Source of the DNA: Phycisphaerae bacterium
GTDB taxonomy: Bacteria > Planctomycetota > Phycisphaerae > UBA1845 > Fen-1342
Direction: 5' to 3'
Length of the DNA: 64,000 bases
Assembly: GCA_050115495.1 (NCBI GenBank)
Contig: JASFQK010000009.1
Coordinates: forward strand, 1 to 64,000
Of the stretch, positions 10,834 through 18,800 are shown piece after piece. The stretch's first letter is position 1. Every line of letters begins with the position of its first letter. The notes beneath the pieces were generated by a model. It had not been told where the DNA came from and did no database searches. It saw only the letters and a program-made list of their open reading frames with translations. A program made the translations under genes and the position numbers.

Positions 10834-11835
10834 CTACTGCTCGAATGGCGTGAAATACTCGGCCAGGCAGTATTTGGGCACTTCGTTGGACCAGAAGAGC
10901 TCAGGCTCTGCGTCATGAGTAATCAGAACGTGGTAGTGGCGCACGGACCCGTCAGCGTGGCATGTTGCCTTAGTGTGCTTGAGGAACTCTGTCAGCGTCC
11001 CCAGCGGCACTCGCACAAACCCGTAGTTGCCCATCACGAAAACAACGTGAGTGACACCAAACTCGTCGAAATGCTCTAGTGCCGAGGGCCCAATTCCATA
11101 CCAGTAGTAGTTCTGCCGTTCGTGATACTTCGATTTCTTCATATGAATGACGGAGCCATCAGCAAGTCGGTAGCACTTGAACCGACCCACTTCACCCGCA
11201 AGTTCCCCTCCACCGAGAAGCTCAATGACGCCGTATTCGGTCACCTCGTTGCCGGTGGACGTATCGGGCTCCGTAGCGAATGTCGGTAGGTTGCGATCAG
11301 GAGAGTGATACTCCGGACGCCCGTCCACAAGGAACTTCTGGACTCGAAACACGAGCGTCGGAGAATCGAGCGCCGTTGCCATGTCCTGTAGGTCTCGGTT
11401 CGTCTTGTCAATGAAGATCACAAACCGCGGAGGTATCCCTTCGACAAACAGCTCCATTTCTTGCAGCAGTCGCTCTGGTACACACCCCAGCGTTCTCGCT
11501 ACGTCAGCCGTGGACTGCGTCCCCATGACGTGCTCGAACAGCCGATCACGGACGACCCGAAGAGTGGCGGGGTTCTTCATGGCGACAACGAATCGCGTGA
11601 TTTGCTCGGCAATGTGCGGCCACACCTCGTGCTTGAGCAATTCGCACTCGATCACATACCACATCCGGCCGTCGAAGTCGAAAGCGAAGCCGTCAGGGAC
11701 GCCCTTCTTGCCCGATCCCGTGGACACGTAGAAACCATCGAGCAACACGGAGACGGGAAGAAACGTCCCGAACTCGCCTTTCACCCAGTCCTCGAGTTCC
11801 TTTTCGGATTCGAATTCCGCTTCGACGATTGCCAT
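10834..11835 (-). CDS. Hypothetical protein with putative PD-(D/E)xK nuclease N-terminal domain
   Basis: FESEKELE...PDGFAFD...VIECEL...QITRF; visibly lower GC and atypical codons versus neighbours. Confidence 0.55.
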   Translation of the reverse strand: MAIVEAEFESEKELEDWVKGEFGTFLPVSVLLDGFYVSTGSGKKGVPDGFAFDFDGRMWYVIECELLKHEVWPHIAEQITRFVVAMKNPATLRVVRDRLFEHVMGTQSTADVARTLGCVPERLLQEMELFVEGIPPRFVIFIDKTNRDLQDMATALDSPTLVFRVQKFLVDGRPEYHSPDRNLPTFATEPDTSTGNEVTEYGVIELLGGGELAGEVGRFKCYRLADGSVIHMKKSKYHERQNYYWYGIGPSALEHFDEFGVTHVVFVMGNYGFVRVPLGTLTEFLKHTKATCHADGSVRHYHVLITHDAEPELFWSNEVPKYCLAEYFTPFEQ

Positions 11836-11945
11836 GTTCACAGCTCCTGACACGTGTCCGCCACGGACACACCTTAGCGGATAGACCGCCCGAGAACCAC
11901 CCTATCCGCATCACCCTGCGGATGCCGCGGTTCGTTAATCTGGGC

Positions 11946-12150
11946 TGTGGCACGCCGAAGCCCTGAGGCGCCCGCATGTCTTCCGCTCTCGTCAATCCGT
12001 GCTTGCGCTCCGTGGGGTACACCACACAGTGTAGCGTCCGGGCTCCGCACCGGACGTCTTCCGGCAGCGTCGCCTTCCGTCGTGGCCGACGTCGATTATC
12101 AACAGACGTACACCACGCCAGCCAATCCCGGGCCGAAATGCCTCGTTGCC
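11946..12150. repeat. Mosaic cluster of REP-like palindromes (partly degenerate)
   Basis: GTAGCGTCCGGGCTCCGCACCGGACG, GTGGCCGACGTCGAT and ATCCCGGGCCGAAATGCCTCGTTGCC (near-copy at ~9972). Confidence 0.75.
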
Positions 12151-12155
12151 GCATC

Positions 12156-12449
12156 TCAACCCCCGCCGCCGTCAGCACCGGGACCGTCGGCGTCCCCGGT
12201 CCGCTTCGTCCCCGGCGGGACGCTGGTGCCGCACTCCGGACACCGGCCGCTTGTGTTTCCGGTGAGGTTGTACCCGCACTTCCTGCAATGTCCCGGCGGG
12301 ATCCCGGGCCGCGACGGCCACCAGATGATCAGCATCACCGGCACGGTGAAGAACAGGAGAACCGGCCAATCAAGCACGAGCAGCGGTACGACGACCGCGA
12401 GCCACACACCGGTCACGGACAGCTTGCTGCGGAGCGACTCCAGTGGCAC
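12156..12449 (-). CDS. Small membrane protein with CxxC...CPEC zinc finger
   Basis: Hydrophobic stretch then CRKCGYNLTGNTSGRCPECG; GAGGGG upstream of GTG. Confidence 0.65.
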   Translation of the reverse strand: MPLESLRSKLSVTGVWLAVVVPLLVLDWPVLLFFTVPVMLIIWWPSRPGIPPGHCRKCGYNLTGNTSGRCPECGTSVPPGTKRTGDADGPGADGGGG

Positions 12450-12479
12450 CGACTACCCCTCACGACGCATCGCCGCCCC

Positions 12480-14312
12480 TCACTTCGTCAACATCTGCAC
12501 GAACTGCGCGATGTCGAAGTTGTTGAATATGCCGTCGCCGTTCACGTCGCCAAGGTTGCGGTCGCAGGTTGGGAAGGCCAATTCGTAGCCGGCGGGATCG
12601 GTCAGGGCCTTGACGAACGCGCTGATGTCGAAGTTGTTCACCAGCCCGTCGCAGTTCAGATCGCCCACCAGCCCCGTCACGTGCAGACGCCAATTCACCA
12701 CGCCGTTGCCGATGGCGTTCGTGGCCCGAATGCTCACCTGATACGGCGTCGCCGCGTAGCGCGGCCGATTCCACCACACGACGCCGGTCATGTGGTCGAT
12801 CGTCATCCCCGCCGGTGCCGAGTCGAGCGACCAGTTCAGAACCGGCAGCATGCACGGACCGTTGGTCAGCACCGGCGTCGGACCCGTGTAAGGCAGCGTG
12901 TGCGGCGTAGACTGGTCCGCGATCGGCTGCATGTGCGGTGTGTCCTGCTCGACACCCAGGTAAAGGACCTGCGTGCTGCTGCCGGCGGAGTTTGTGGCCC
13001 GCACGATGATCGTGTACAGGTACTCCGCGCGCACCGGGTTCGGCCAGTAGACCACGCCCGTGCTCGAGTTGATGCTCATGCCCGATTCCGGATTGTCGAT
13101 GCTCCAGGTGAGCGGCGCCATGTTCAGCGGGTGCGTCACCGTCGGCGTCGGCCCGATGTACGTGACGCCGCACGCCGCCAGATCCTGCCCCAATTCGTTG
13201 ACGACCGGTGCCAGCCGCTGAATGGCGAGCGCGTTGCAGTAGACATGCGTGTTGTTGTCTTCGTACTCCTCGGCCACCTCGTCCAGGTCGTCGAAGATCG
13301 TCCCGACGTAATAGACGCCGGCGGCGATATCGGCGGGCATGTCCAGCTCGGCGTCGAAATCGAAGCCGGCGCCGTACGGCAGATCCCAGAACGCCGTCCC
13401 CAGCAGCAAATCACTGGTGTTCACGTCGGCATCCGTGGACAAGTAGAACCCCTGCCGCACGTTGAAGGTGTTCGTGTTGCCGTAGTTCTCGATCACACTG
13501 CGCAGCGTCAGCACCTCACCCGGATGCACGGCGGCGGGCGAGAAGGAACAGGGCACCGCCCGTCCGATGACGTCGCCGCTCGAATAGCCCGGATTCGCCA
13601 GGTCGGTGACCCAGGTGGTCCCGCCGGCGTGCGGATAGAGGAAACGCGTGCCGTTGCGGTCGTCGGAGTGCACCTCGACGATGGCCTCGTTGCCGGTCGG
13701 TCCGCCCGCCGGGTAACGCGGGTTCATCGTGCCGATGAACCAAGGCGTGCCGGGCGACTCGGTGCCCTGCGGGTCGTGCCCGAGGCCGAGCGCGTGACCC
13801 AGCTCGTGTGTGGCGACCAGCAGGAACGAGTAACCGTACGCCTCGGGATAGCGGATCATGTCGCAATCCGGGTTCGGCTCCATCGTCCACCCGACGTTCG
13901 CCGGGTAATCGCTGAAAACCATATCCATGTCGTACCACTGGTCCGCGTAGGACACCATGTACGTCTCGCCGAGCACGCCGGGATCGAGCTCCTGGGCGGC
14001 GACGGCGGCGGTATCGCTGTAACCGTCGTAGTGGTCGATCTCCGGATCGAAGTCGAGGTTCTCGTAGTAGTAAAGGAAGTCCGCCGACGGCACGAGCACC
14101 CACAGGCCCATCGCGCCCTTGTAGAGCGTATCCGTGTCGCTGCCGACCGGAAACGTCGACGCCGACATGTAGCGCACGCTGTACGCCCCCGGCCAGATCA
14201 CCGTGTAGCCGCTGTACGCGAAGTACGAGAAGCCGCTCGCCGACTGCCCGCTCACCCACAGCAGCGCGAGCCCCACGACCGACAACGCCACCCGACGCCA
14301 TCCGGTTCTCAT
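12480..14312 (-). CDS. Secreted matrixin-like (M10) zinc metalloprotease with CARDB-like, two Ig/cadherin-like and dockerin-like domains
   Basis: Signal peptide; HELGHALGLGH plus Met-turn GTMNP; EEYEDNN; twice W...P.GM.I...TGVV.W; GDLNCDG..NNFDI / GDVNGDG..NNFDI. Confidence 0.85.
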   Translation of the reverse strand: MRTGWRRVALSVVGLALLWVSGQSASGFSYFAYSGYTVIWPGAYSVRYMSASTFPVGSDTDTLYKGAMGLWVLVPSADFLYYYENLDFDPEIDHYDGYSDTAAVAAQELDPGVLGETYMVSYADQWYDMDMVFSDYPANVGWTMEPNPDCDMIRYPEAYGYSFLLVATHELGHALGLGHDPQGTESPGTPWFIGTMNPRYPAGGPTGNEAIVEVHSDDRNGTRFLYPHAGGTTWVTDLANPGYSSGDVIGRAVPCSFSPAAVHPGEVLTLRSVIENYGNTNTFNVRQGFYLSTDADVNTSDLLLGTAFWDLPYGAGFDFDAELDMPADIAAGVYYVGTIFDDLDEVAEEYEDNNTHVYCNALAIQRLAPVVNELGQDLAACGVTYIGPTPTVTHPLNMAPLTWSIDNPESGMSINSSTGVVYWPNPVRAEYLYTIIVRATNSAGSSTQVLYLGVEQDTPHMQPIADQSTPHTLPYTGPTPVLTNGPCMLPVLNWSLDSAPAGMTIDHMTGVVWWNRPRYAATPYQVSIRATNAIGNGVVNWRLHVTGLVGDLNCDGLVNNFDISAFVKALTDPAGYELAFPTCDRNLGDVNGDGIFNNFDIAQFVQMLTK

Positions 14313-15124
14313 GGCCGGGCCCTCCGCTGCTTGCTGTCGGCCGGAAGCGGCTGGGCGGCGTCCGCCCCGCGCAACGAACCGCTAGCGGAAACCGACCCCG
14401 TCGTGCGCAACGGCACGGGCCGCAGCTTGGCGGGCACCGGGCGACCGGCGGGGACCTTCAGCTCGTGGTCCTTGCTGCGGTTCAGCACCGGCTCCACAAC
14501 GGTCCGGAACTCGTCCAGCGTCAGCGCCGGTCGCGTCGGCCCTTTCGGCTCCGCCGGTCGAACGCGCACGCCTTCGGCAGACACAAGCCGCTCGTCGATC
14601 GACGGCCGCGGCGGTTCGGCTACCTGCACCATGCCCTCGTCATTGATGCCGACGACCGGCTTGCCGGAGGCATCATGCACGCGGAGCACACCCTCCTCAT
14701 CCGCCACGACTCGAAACGCCCCCTGCCACAACCCGACGACGGGATAGGTCTTGTACTCGGGCAGCAGGAACAGCACCCACGTCTGGCCGACCGCCGGCTC
14801 CGGCGCCCCGGACAGGCGCATGGTCATGTCGCCGACCGTACCGCCGGGAACGAGGAGCGTGAACGTATCGTCCGCGTCGGGCAGGCGGCCTTTCAGGTAC
14901 GTGACGCCGGTGAGCCGTAGCTCGGTCTCGATCCGCCGCGGGTTCTCCGCCCAATACGACCGCGTCTCGGCGACCTCGCCGACGATGACCTGGCCGGCGT
15001 ATTCGGCCATGGTGGCGACGTCCATCGGCACCACGACCGTCCCCATCGCCACACCCGCCGCCCAGGCGGCTGCCAGCATCGCCAGGCCGGCGACGCCACT
15101 GAGCCGAAGTTGCCTGTCGTTCAT
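14309..15124 (-). CDS. Secreted protein resembling the N-terminal pro-domain often fused to matrixin-like proteases
   Basis: Signal peptide; TVVVPM...VIVGEV...S.W...T...VPGG.VG...G.P....G...VLFL...VVGLWQGAF; 4-nt overlap with the protease gene. Confidence 0.65.
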   Translation of the reverse strand: MNDRQLRLSGVAGLAMLAAAWAAGVAMGTVVVPMDVATMAEYAGQVIVGEVAETRSYWAENPRRIETELRLTGVTYLKGRLPDADDTFTLLVPGGTVGDMTMRLSGAPEPAVGQTWVLFLLPEYKTYPVVGLWQGAFRVVADEEGVLRVHDASGKPVVGINDEGMVQVAEPPRPSIDERLVSAEGVRVRPAEPKGPTRPALTLDEFRTVVEPVLNRSKDHELKVPAGRPVPAKLRPVPLRTTGSVSASGSLRGADAAQPLPADSKQRRARP

Positions 15125-15346
15125 CTCGGGATTACCTCATGACATCTGATGGCCTGCCCCGGCGGCGCTGCGTCCGCCGGTGCGGCCCATCATAGCTTAT
15201 CGAACCCAAACTTCGCGGACTTAGCGGCGTGCGCGCCGCCGCGGCGTTGTTATCGTGCAAAGGGTGCGGAAGGTCCGAGAACTACGCCGCGCCGGTGGCC
15301 GTGCTCGCCGGTACAATACGCCGACCTTTACGCGGAGACCGCAATC

Positions 15347-16336
15347 ATGCCGACGCCGACGCGAGACGAGTTGCTGCAACTGGCCCGCGGGTTCATGGAG
15401 GCCCGCATCCTGCTGACCGCCGCCGAACTGGACGTGTTCACGCTCCTGGCCGGCGACTGGCTCGACGTCGAGCAGGTTGCGGCCCGTTGCGGCGGGACGC
15501 GGCGCGGCCTGACGATCCTGCTCGACGCCCTCGCCGGCATGGGGCTACTGGCCAAGCGCGACGGGCGTTACCACTGCGAGTCGCCGATCGCCCAGCACCT
15601 TGCCGCCGACAGCCGCGAGTCGGTCCTGCCCATGGTCCGACACAGCGCGTCGCTCTGGCACCGCTGGTCGGAGCTGACCGAGGTTGTTCGTGGCGAGGCT
15701 GAGTCGCCGGCGCGATCGCGTTCGACGTGGGACGAGCGGGCGTTCATCGAGGCGATGGCCGTGGTCGCCGGCCCGATGGCGGCGTCGGTCGCCGAGGTCA
15801 TCGCGCCCGCGTCGGCCCGGCGGCTGCTGGACGTCGGCACGGGACCGGGTTCGTACACGGCGGCGTTGCTGCGCGTCGCCCCACGATTGCACGCCACCGC
15901 TTTCGATCTTCCAAGCGTCATCGAGATCGCCCGCGAGCGTCTGCGCGCCGCCGGCCTCGAACAGCGCGTGACCTTCGTTCCCGGCGATTTCTACGCCGAC
16001 GAGCTGCCGCCCGGTCACGATCTCGCCCTCTTGTCGGCGATCATCCACCAGAACAGCCCCCAGCAGAACGTCGATCTGTACCGCAAGGTCTGGCGGGCCC
16101 TCGAGCCCGGCGGCCGCATCATCGTCCGCGACCACATTCTCCAGCCTGACCGCGCCGGCTCGCGCCCGGCGACGATCTTCGCCGTCAACATGCTGGTCGG
16201 CACCGAGGGCGGCAACTGCTACACGTTCGCAGAGATTGAAGCGAATCTCGAAGAGGCTGGCTTCGAGCGCGTCGGGCTGCTCCAGGCGTCGGAGCAGATG
16301 GCCGGGGTGGTCGAAGCGTTCAAGCCCGGCAAGTGA
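15347..16336 (+). CDS. O-methyltransferase (dimerisation + Methyltransf_2 domains)
   Basis: AAELDVF, LLDVGTGPG, FDLP, GDFY, SAIIH. Confidence 0.88.
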   Translation: MPTPTRDELLQLARGFMEARILLTAAELDVFTLLAGDWLDVEQVAARCGGTRRGLTILLDALAGMGLLAKRDGRYHCESPIAQHLAADSRESVLPMVRHSASLWHRWSELTEVVRGEAESPARSRSTWDERAFIEAMAVVAGPMAASVAEVIAPASARRLLDVGTGPGSYTAALLRVAPRLHATAFDLPSVIEIARERLRAAGLEQRVTFVPGDFYADELPPGHDLALLSAIIHQNSPQQNVDLYRKVWRALEPGGRIIVRDHILQPDRAGSRPATIFAVNMLVGTEGGNCYTFAEIEANLEEAGFERVGLLQASEQMAGVVEAFKPGK

Positions 16337-16367
16337 AACGGACGAGCGAGATAGATGAGGGGCACGC

Positions 16368-17153
16368 ATGTCCGACGAGTCGCGCGAGCCGAAGGTTCCG
16401 CCGGAGAGTGAGCCGCCGGGCGTGCCGCCGCTCGACGAACCTGCGCCGTTGGACTACGCGGCTCGTTCCACCCATCCGCCGAGCCTTACGCTGGCGTGCG
16501 CAGCGGTTGTCTGCGCAGCGAGCGCGCAGTTCACGTTTGGCTTCGTCCAAAGCTCCGGTGTGATCAAGTGGGTGCTGGCCGGCGCCGCCTGCGGTGGCGC
16601 CGTCGCACTGGGTGTCGCGGCCCTGATGTGGGGCCGACGGGCGCCGCAACGCTACGGCGGCCGGCTGATCGCGGTCGGCGCAATCGTCCTGGCCGTACTC
16701 GTCCCAGTGGCGGCCGTGGTATCGAACCACCGCCAGCAGGTCATGCAGATGAAAGCCAGACGTCTTGTGTGCGCCACGAATCTCCGGCTTCTCGGAGACG
16801 CCTGCCGGGCCTACGCCAACTACGAGGGATACCCGGCGCCGCCGGATCCGCGCATGCTCGTGGCGGGCAACATGGTCCCGCCGAGCGCCCTGCAATCGCC
16901 CCTGGAGGGCGACTCGCTGACGCTGTGCGATTATGCGTACGTCGCCGGCCTGAACCCCGCGGAGGATCCTGGCGACTGGATCCTGGCCTACGGCGATCCG
17001 GCGCACCGCAACGGGTACGGTGCGAACGTGCTGTACCTCGATGGCACCGTCGAGTTTCTCGAACCCAAGCAGTTCGGCGAAGCCCTCGCCGCCTTCCGCA
17101 AATCCTACGAAGCCGCCCGCGGCCAGCCGCCGACGATCGTGCCGGCGGACTGA
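16368..17153 (+). CDS. Membrane protein with C-terminal H-X9-DG-like motif
   Basis: Three hydrophobic helices; CATNLRLLG.A...Y and HRNGYGANVLYLDG, typical of the planctomycete DUF1559-related C-terminus. Confidence 0.65.
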   Translation: MSDESREPKVPPESEPPGVPPLDEPAPLDYAARSTHPPSLTLACAAVVCAASAQFTFGFVQSSGVIKWVLAGAACGGAVALGVAALMWGRRAPQRYGGRLIAVGAIVLAVLVPVAAVVSNHRQQVMQMKARRLVCATNLRLLGDACRAYANYEGYPAPPDPRMLVAGNMVPPSALQSPLEGDSLTLCDYAYVAGLNPAEDPGDWILAYGDPAHRNGYGANVLYLDGTVEFLEPKQFGEALAAFRKSYEAARGQPPTIVPAD

Positions 17154-17167
17154 CACGCGGGGGGAAG

Positions 17168-17240
17168 ACACTGGTGGGCAAGCCACCAGTGGCACGCAGC
17201 GCAGCGCGAAGGCACTGGTGGACGAGCCACCAGTGGCACC
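17168..17240. repeat. Two tandem REP-like palindromes
   Basis: CACTGGTGGGCAAGCCACCAGTGGCAC and CACTGGTGGACGAGCCACCAGTGGCAC. Confidence 0.85.
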
Positions 17241-17281
17241 CAGTGCGCGTCTTTTTCCACGAACCCCTGCGTTGATGAGAT

Positions 17282-17355
17282 CGCGCCCGACAGGACTCGA
17301 ACCTGTAACCCTCGGTTCCGAAGACCGATGCTCTGTCCAATTGAGCTACGGGCGC
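17282..17355 (-). tRNA. tRNA-Arg(UCG)
   Basis: Reverse complement GCGCCCG TAGCTCAATTGGACAGAGCA TCGGT CT-TCG-GA ACCGA GGGTT ACAGG TTCGAGT CCTGT CGGGCGC G; CCA not encoded. Confidence 0.95.
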
Positions 17356-17387
17356 TCATGGCCGGCACGAGCCGGCGGCAACGGTGC

Positions 17388-17416
17388 AATATACCGCCCG
17401 TGGCGTGGCGTCACAA
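17388..17416 (-). promoter_or_regulatory. Putative promoter of tRNA-Arg
   Basis: TTGTGA-N17-TATATT on the minus strand just upstream of the tRNA. Confidence 0.45.
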
Positions 17417-17462
17417 TTGCGCACGCGCCGCACCCACCGCGAGGTCGAGCGCGTTTCGGCGG

Positions 17463-17612
17463 TCGACGTCGGCCACGGGGGGCCGACGCTACGGGAAGAC
17501 GGCCGACACGGAGACCGGCCGCTACGCTGTGTGGCATGTCGAAGCGCAGCGCCGGCATGGATTGACGACAGCGGGAAGACATGCCGGCGCCTAAGGCTTC
17601 AGCATGCCACAC
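17463..17612. repeat. Mosaic cluster of REP-like palindromes
   Basis: GACGTCGGCCACGGGGGCCGACGCTAC, CGGCCGACACGGAGACCGGCCGCTAC and GTGGCATGTCGAAG...CATGCCACAC. Confidence 0.85.
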
Positions 17613-18776
17613 TCACGTCCGAGACTTCGTCGCCGACGTTGGCGGGCCGGGCGGGGCGTCCGGGGCCGGTATGAACGGCGGCCAGTCGGGGCGGGCGATG
17701 CGCTGTTTTGTCGCCGGCAGGCGCGGAAACGCGGCGTGTGGCTCAAACTGGTACCAATACGCCGTGCTGCTGTAATCGTTGCTCAGCTTGTTGTTGTGCC
17801 CGTGCTCGATCGTGACCCGGATCGACTTCTCGAACCGGATCGGGTCCTCGATGTGAAACCGATACAGCGAGTTCTTCCCGCGAAACGGCCAGTTCTCCTC
17901 TTCCGGCCCCCATTCCGGCGAGCCGCTGTACTGCGTGATGCCGCAATACGGCGAGCTGTACACCGTCCGCGGGCAGTACGCCGTCGAGAAGTAATCCTCG
18001 GTGCCCGTGCCGTGCAGGCTCGGCGGCCACGGCTCACCATCGATGAAGATCATGTCGTCGCCTTCGCCGTACCAGTCATTCTTCTCGCGGGCGAAGCAGT
18101 CGACGTCGAGATGGCAGCCGACGTACTGACCCCGACCTCGCGCGTCGAGAATGACGTAATTCTCCGCACCGGTCGTGTTCGGCGTCTTCCAGTACCACTC
18201 GAGGTTGGCGCGGTTCTTCGGCCCCTTCAGGTCCTTTCGCCCCCAGCCGACCGTCGGGTTCTCCCGCCGCCACTGGGCGTGGAAGTACGCGAGATCGTCC
18301 GTCCACTCGCGATACGCCTCGTAATCTACGTAGTAGAACAGGTCGATCGGCTCGTGCCAGCCGTTATGCATCTCGATCCGGGCATGCCGACGAAACGGCA
18401 TCGGGAACCAGCAATTCATGCCGCGCCCGCGGTCGGGGTTCATCTGCAGCGGCAGCGACCAGAAGTCCTTGCAGATGCCGAAGCCGCCGCCGAAGAAATC
18501 CACCAGCGGCACTTCGACGCTCGGCCGCCGCTCGCCGTCCCACCACATCCGCAGCACGCACGAGCGCATGGCGTCGCGCACGTGGGCGTGGCTGTTGGTG
18601 CTCCAGATGTGCTTGATGCAGCCGGGGCCGTCGATTTCGGCCACGGTGTGTCGCTCGCCGGGTGCGACGGGAAACGCGTCGCGGTTGCCGCCCCGCCGGT
18701 CGAAGCTGCTCACCCGCCGCGAGCGAAAATCGCGCAGCCGGGCAAGCTGGGCCAATGTCGAATAGCCGATCTGCAT
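17613..18776 (-). CDS. DUF2961 / glycoside hydrolase family 172-like protein
   Basis: SSFDRRGGNRD, GPGCIKHIW, NCWFPMPF, WYGEGDDMIFIDGE, GTGTEDYF, YRFHIEDPI. Confidence 0.88.
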   Translation of the reverse strand: MQIGYSTLAQLARLRDFRSRRVSSFDRRGGNRDAFPVAPGERHTVAEIDGPGCIKHIWSTNSHAHVRDAMRSCVLRMWWDGERRPSVEVPLVDFFGGGFGICKDFWSLPLQMNPDRGRGMNCWFPMPFRRHARIEMHNGWHEPIDLFYYVDYEAYREWTDDLAYFHAQWRRENPTVGWGRKDLKGPKNRANLEWYWKTPNTTGAENYVILDARGRGQYVGCHLDVDCFAREKNDWYGEGDDMIFIDGEPWPPSLHGTGTEDYFSTAYCPRTVYSSPYCGITQYSGSPEWGPEEENWPFRGKNSLYRFHIEDPIRFEKSIRVTIEHGHNNKLSNDYSSTAYWYQFEPHAAFPRLPATKQRIARPDWPPFIPAPDAPPGPPTSATKSRT

Positions 18777-18800
18777 GGATGAATCTCCGGTTGGGGAAGG

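Noticed and set aside
11976..14747. 923-aa plus-strand ORF
   Set aside because: Antisense shadow of the protease genes; typical high-GC artefact with no motifs.
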